Part shown: positions 63,603 to 64,000 of the stretch, in pieces
Layout: each line of letters starts with the position of its first letter
How positions within the stretch are numbered: the first letter of the stretch is position 1
NCBI RefSeq assembly: GCF_021869535.1
Contig: NW_026262734.1
Location: forward strand, 27,032,001-27,096,000
Direction of reading: 5' to 3'
DNA from: Mytilus californianus
Lineage: Eukaryota
DNA length: 64,000 bases
Notes under the pieces: generated by a model
Database searches by the model: none
The model's input: the letters and a program-made list of their open reading frames with translations, nothing else
What the model was told of the DNA's origin: nothing
Made by a program: the position numbers and the translations under genes

Positions 63603-64000
63603 AATCAAATCAAAACGTAAAAGCTAGAGACCTTCCAGAGAGTGATAACTTACTTCCTTGGACAAGATTATTTTGAAGAAAAAGTACGAGATCTTCGAAC
63701 GTCAATAAACTGGTACGATTTGAGATTATTACGAGGAAGTACCTTTGGTTTGACAAGAAACCAGTAAATAACAGGTGCTTGTTCATTGAATTCCGGAACA
63801 TGGAATAACAAACATTCACTTTCTTGAACTTGAAGCTGTTGTCATGTCTTACAATGATTAGTGTGCCGAACAATAGTGATTCGGAGTCTTCTGACTCGAT
63901 GGAAGATATACAACTTAAACCTGTTCAACCTAAACCTCATCCCGCAAGACTCGTCAACACAGAAGTCCGAAGAAATGTATTTACACCTGTCACTCAGGGT

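Overview
AT-rich eukaryotic genomic DNA with spliceosomal GT-AG introns. The repeat landscape suggests a bivalve mollusc, Mytilus-like (inference). Three protein genes can be assembled by hand with consistent splice phases. (1) A minus-strand, 15-exon class C GPCR (29515->1415, ~2798 aa) with FIVE tandem Venus-flytrap (VFT) domains joined by short 3-Cys linkers, followed by one 7TM domain and no full cysteine-rich domain. (2) A plus-strand, 16-exon ABCB half-transporter (36025->54006, ~805 aa). (3) A minus-strand, 4-exon MptpB/IphP-type phosphatase (63602->59132, ~318 aa). Intron 3 of the GPCR holds an antisense ~3.8 kb Penelope-like retroelement with an N-terminal GIY-YIG endonuclease (Naiad type). 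Its ORF has four in-frame TGA codons, all at cysteine positions, and a canonical SECIS hairpin follows the stop, so it looks like a selenoprotein-coding retrotransposon, now lightly damaged. The remainder is introns and intergenic DNA rich in MITEs (a hAT element with a nested TTAA element), Helentron-like elements with internal satellites, SINEs, a foldback hairpin and a palindromic 49-bp array. All gene models are manual; no database search or folding program was run.
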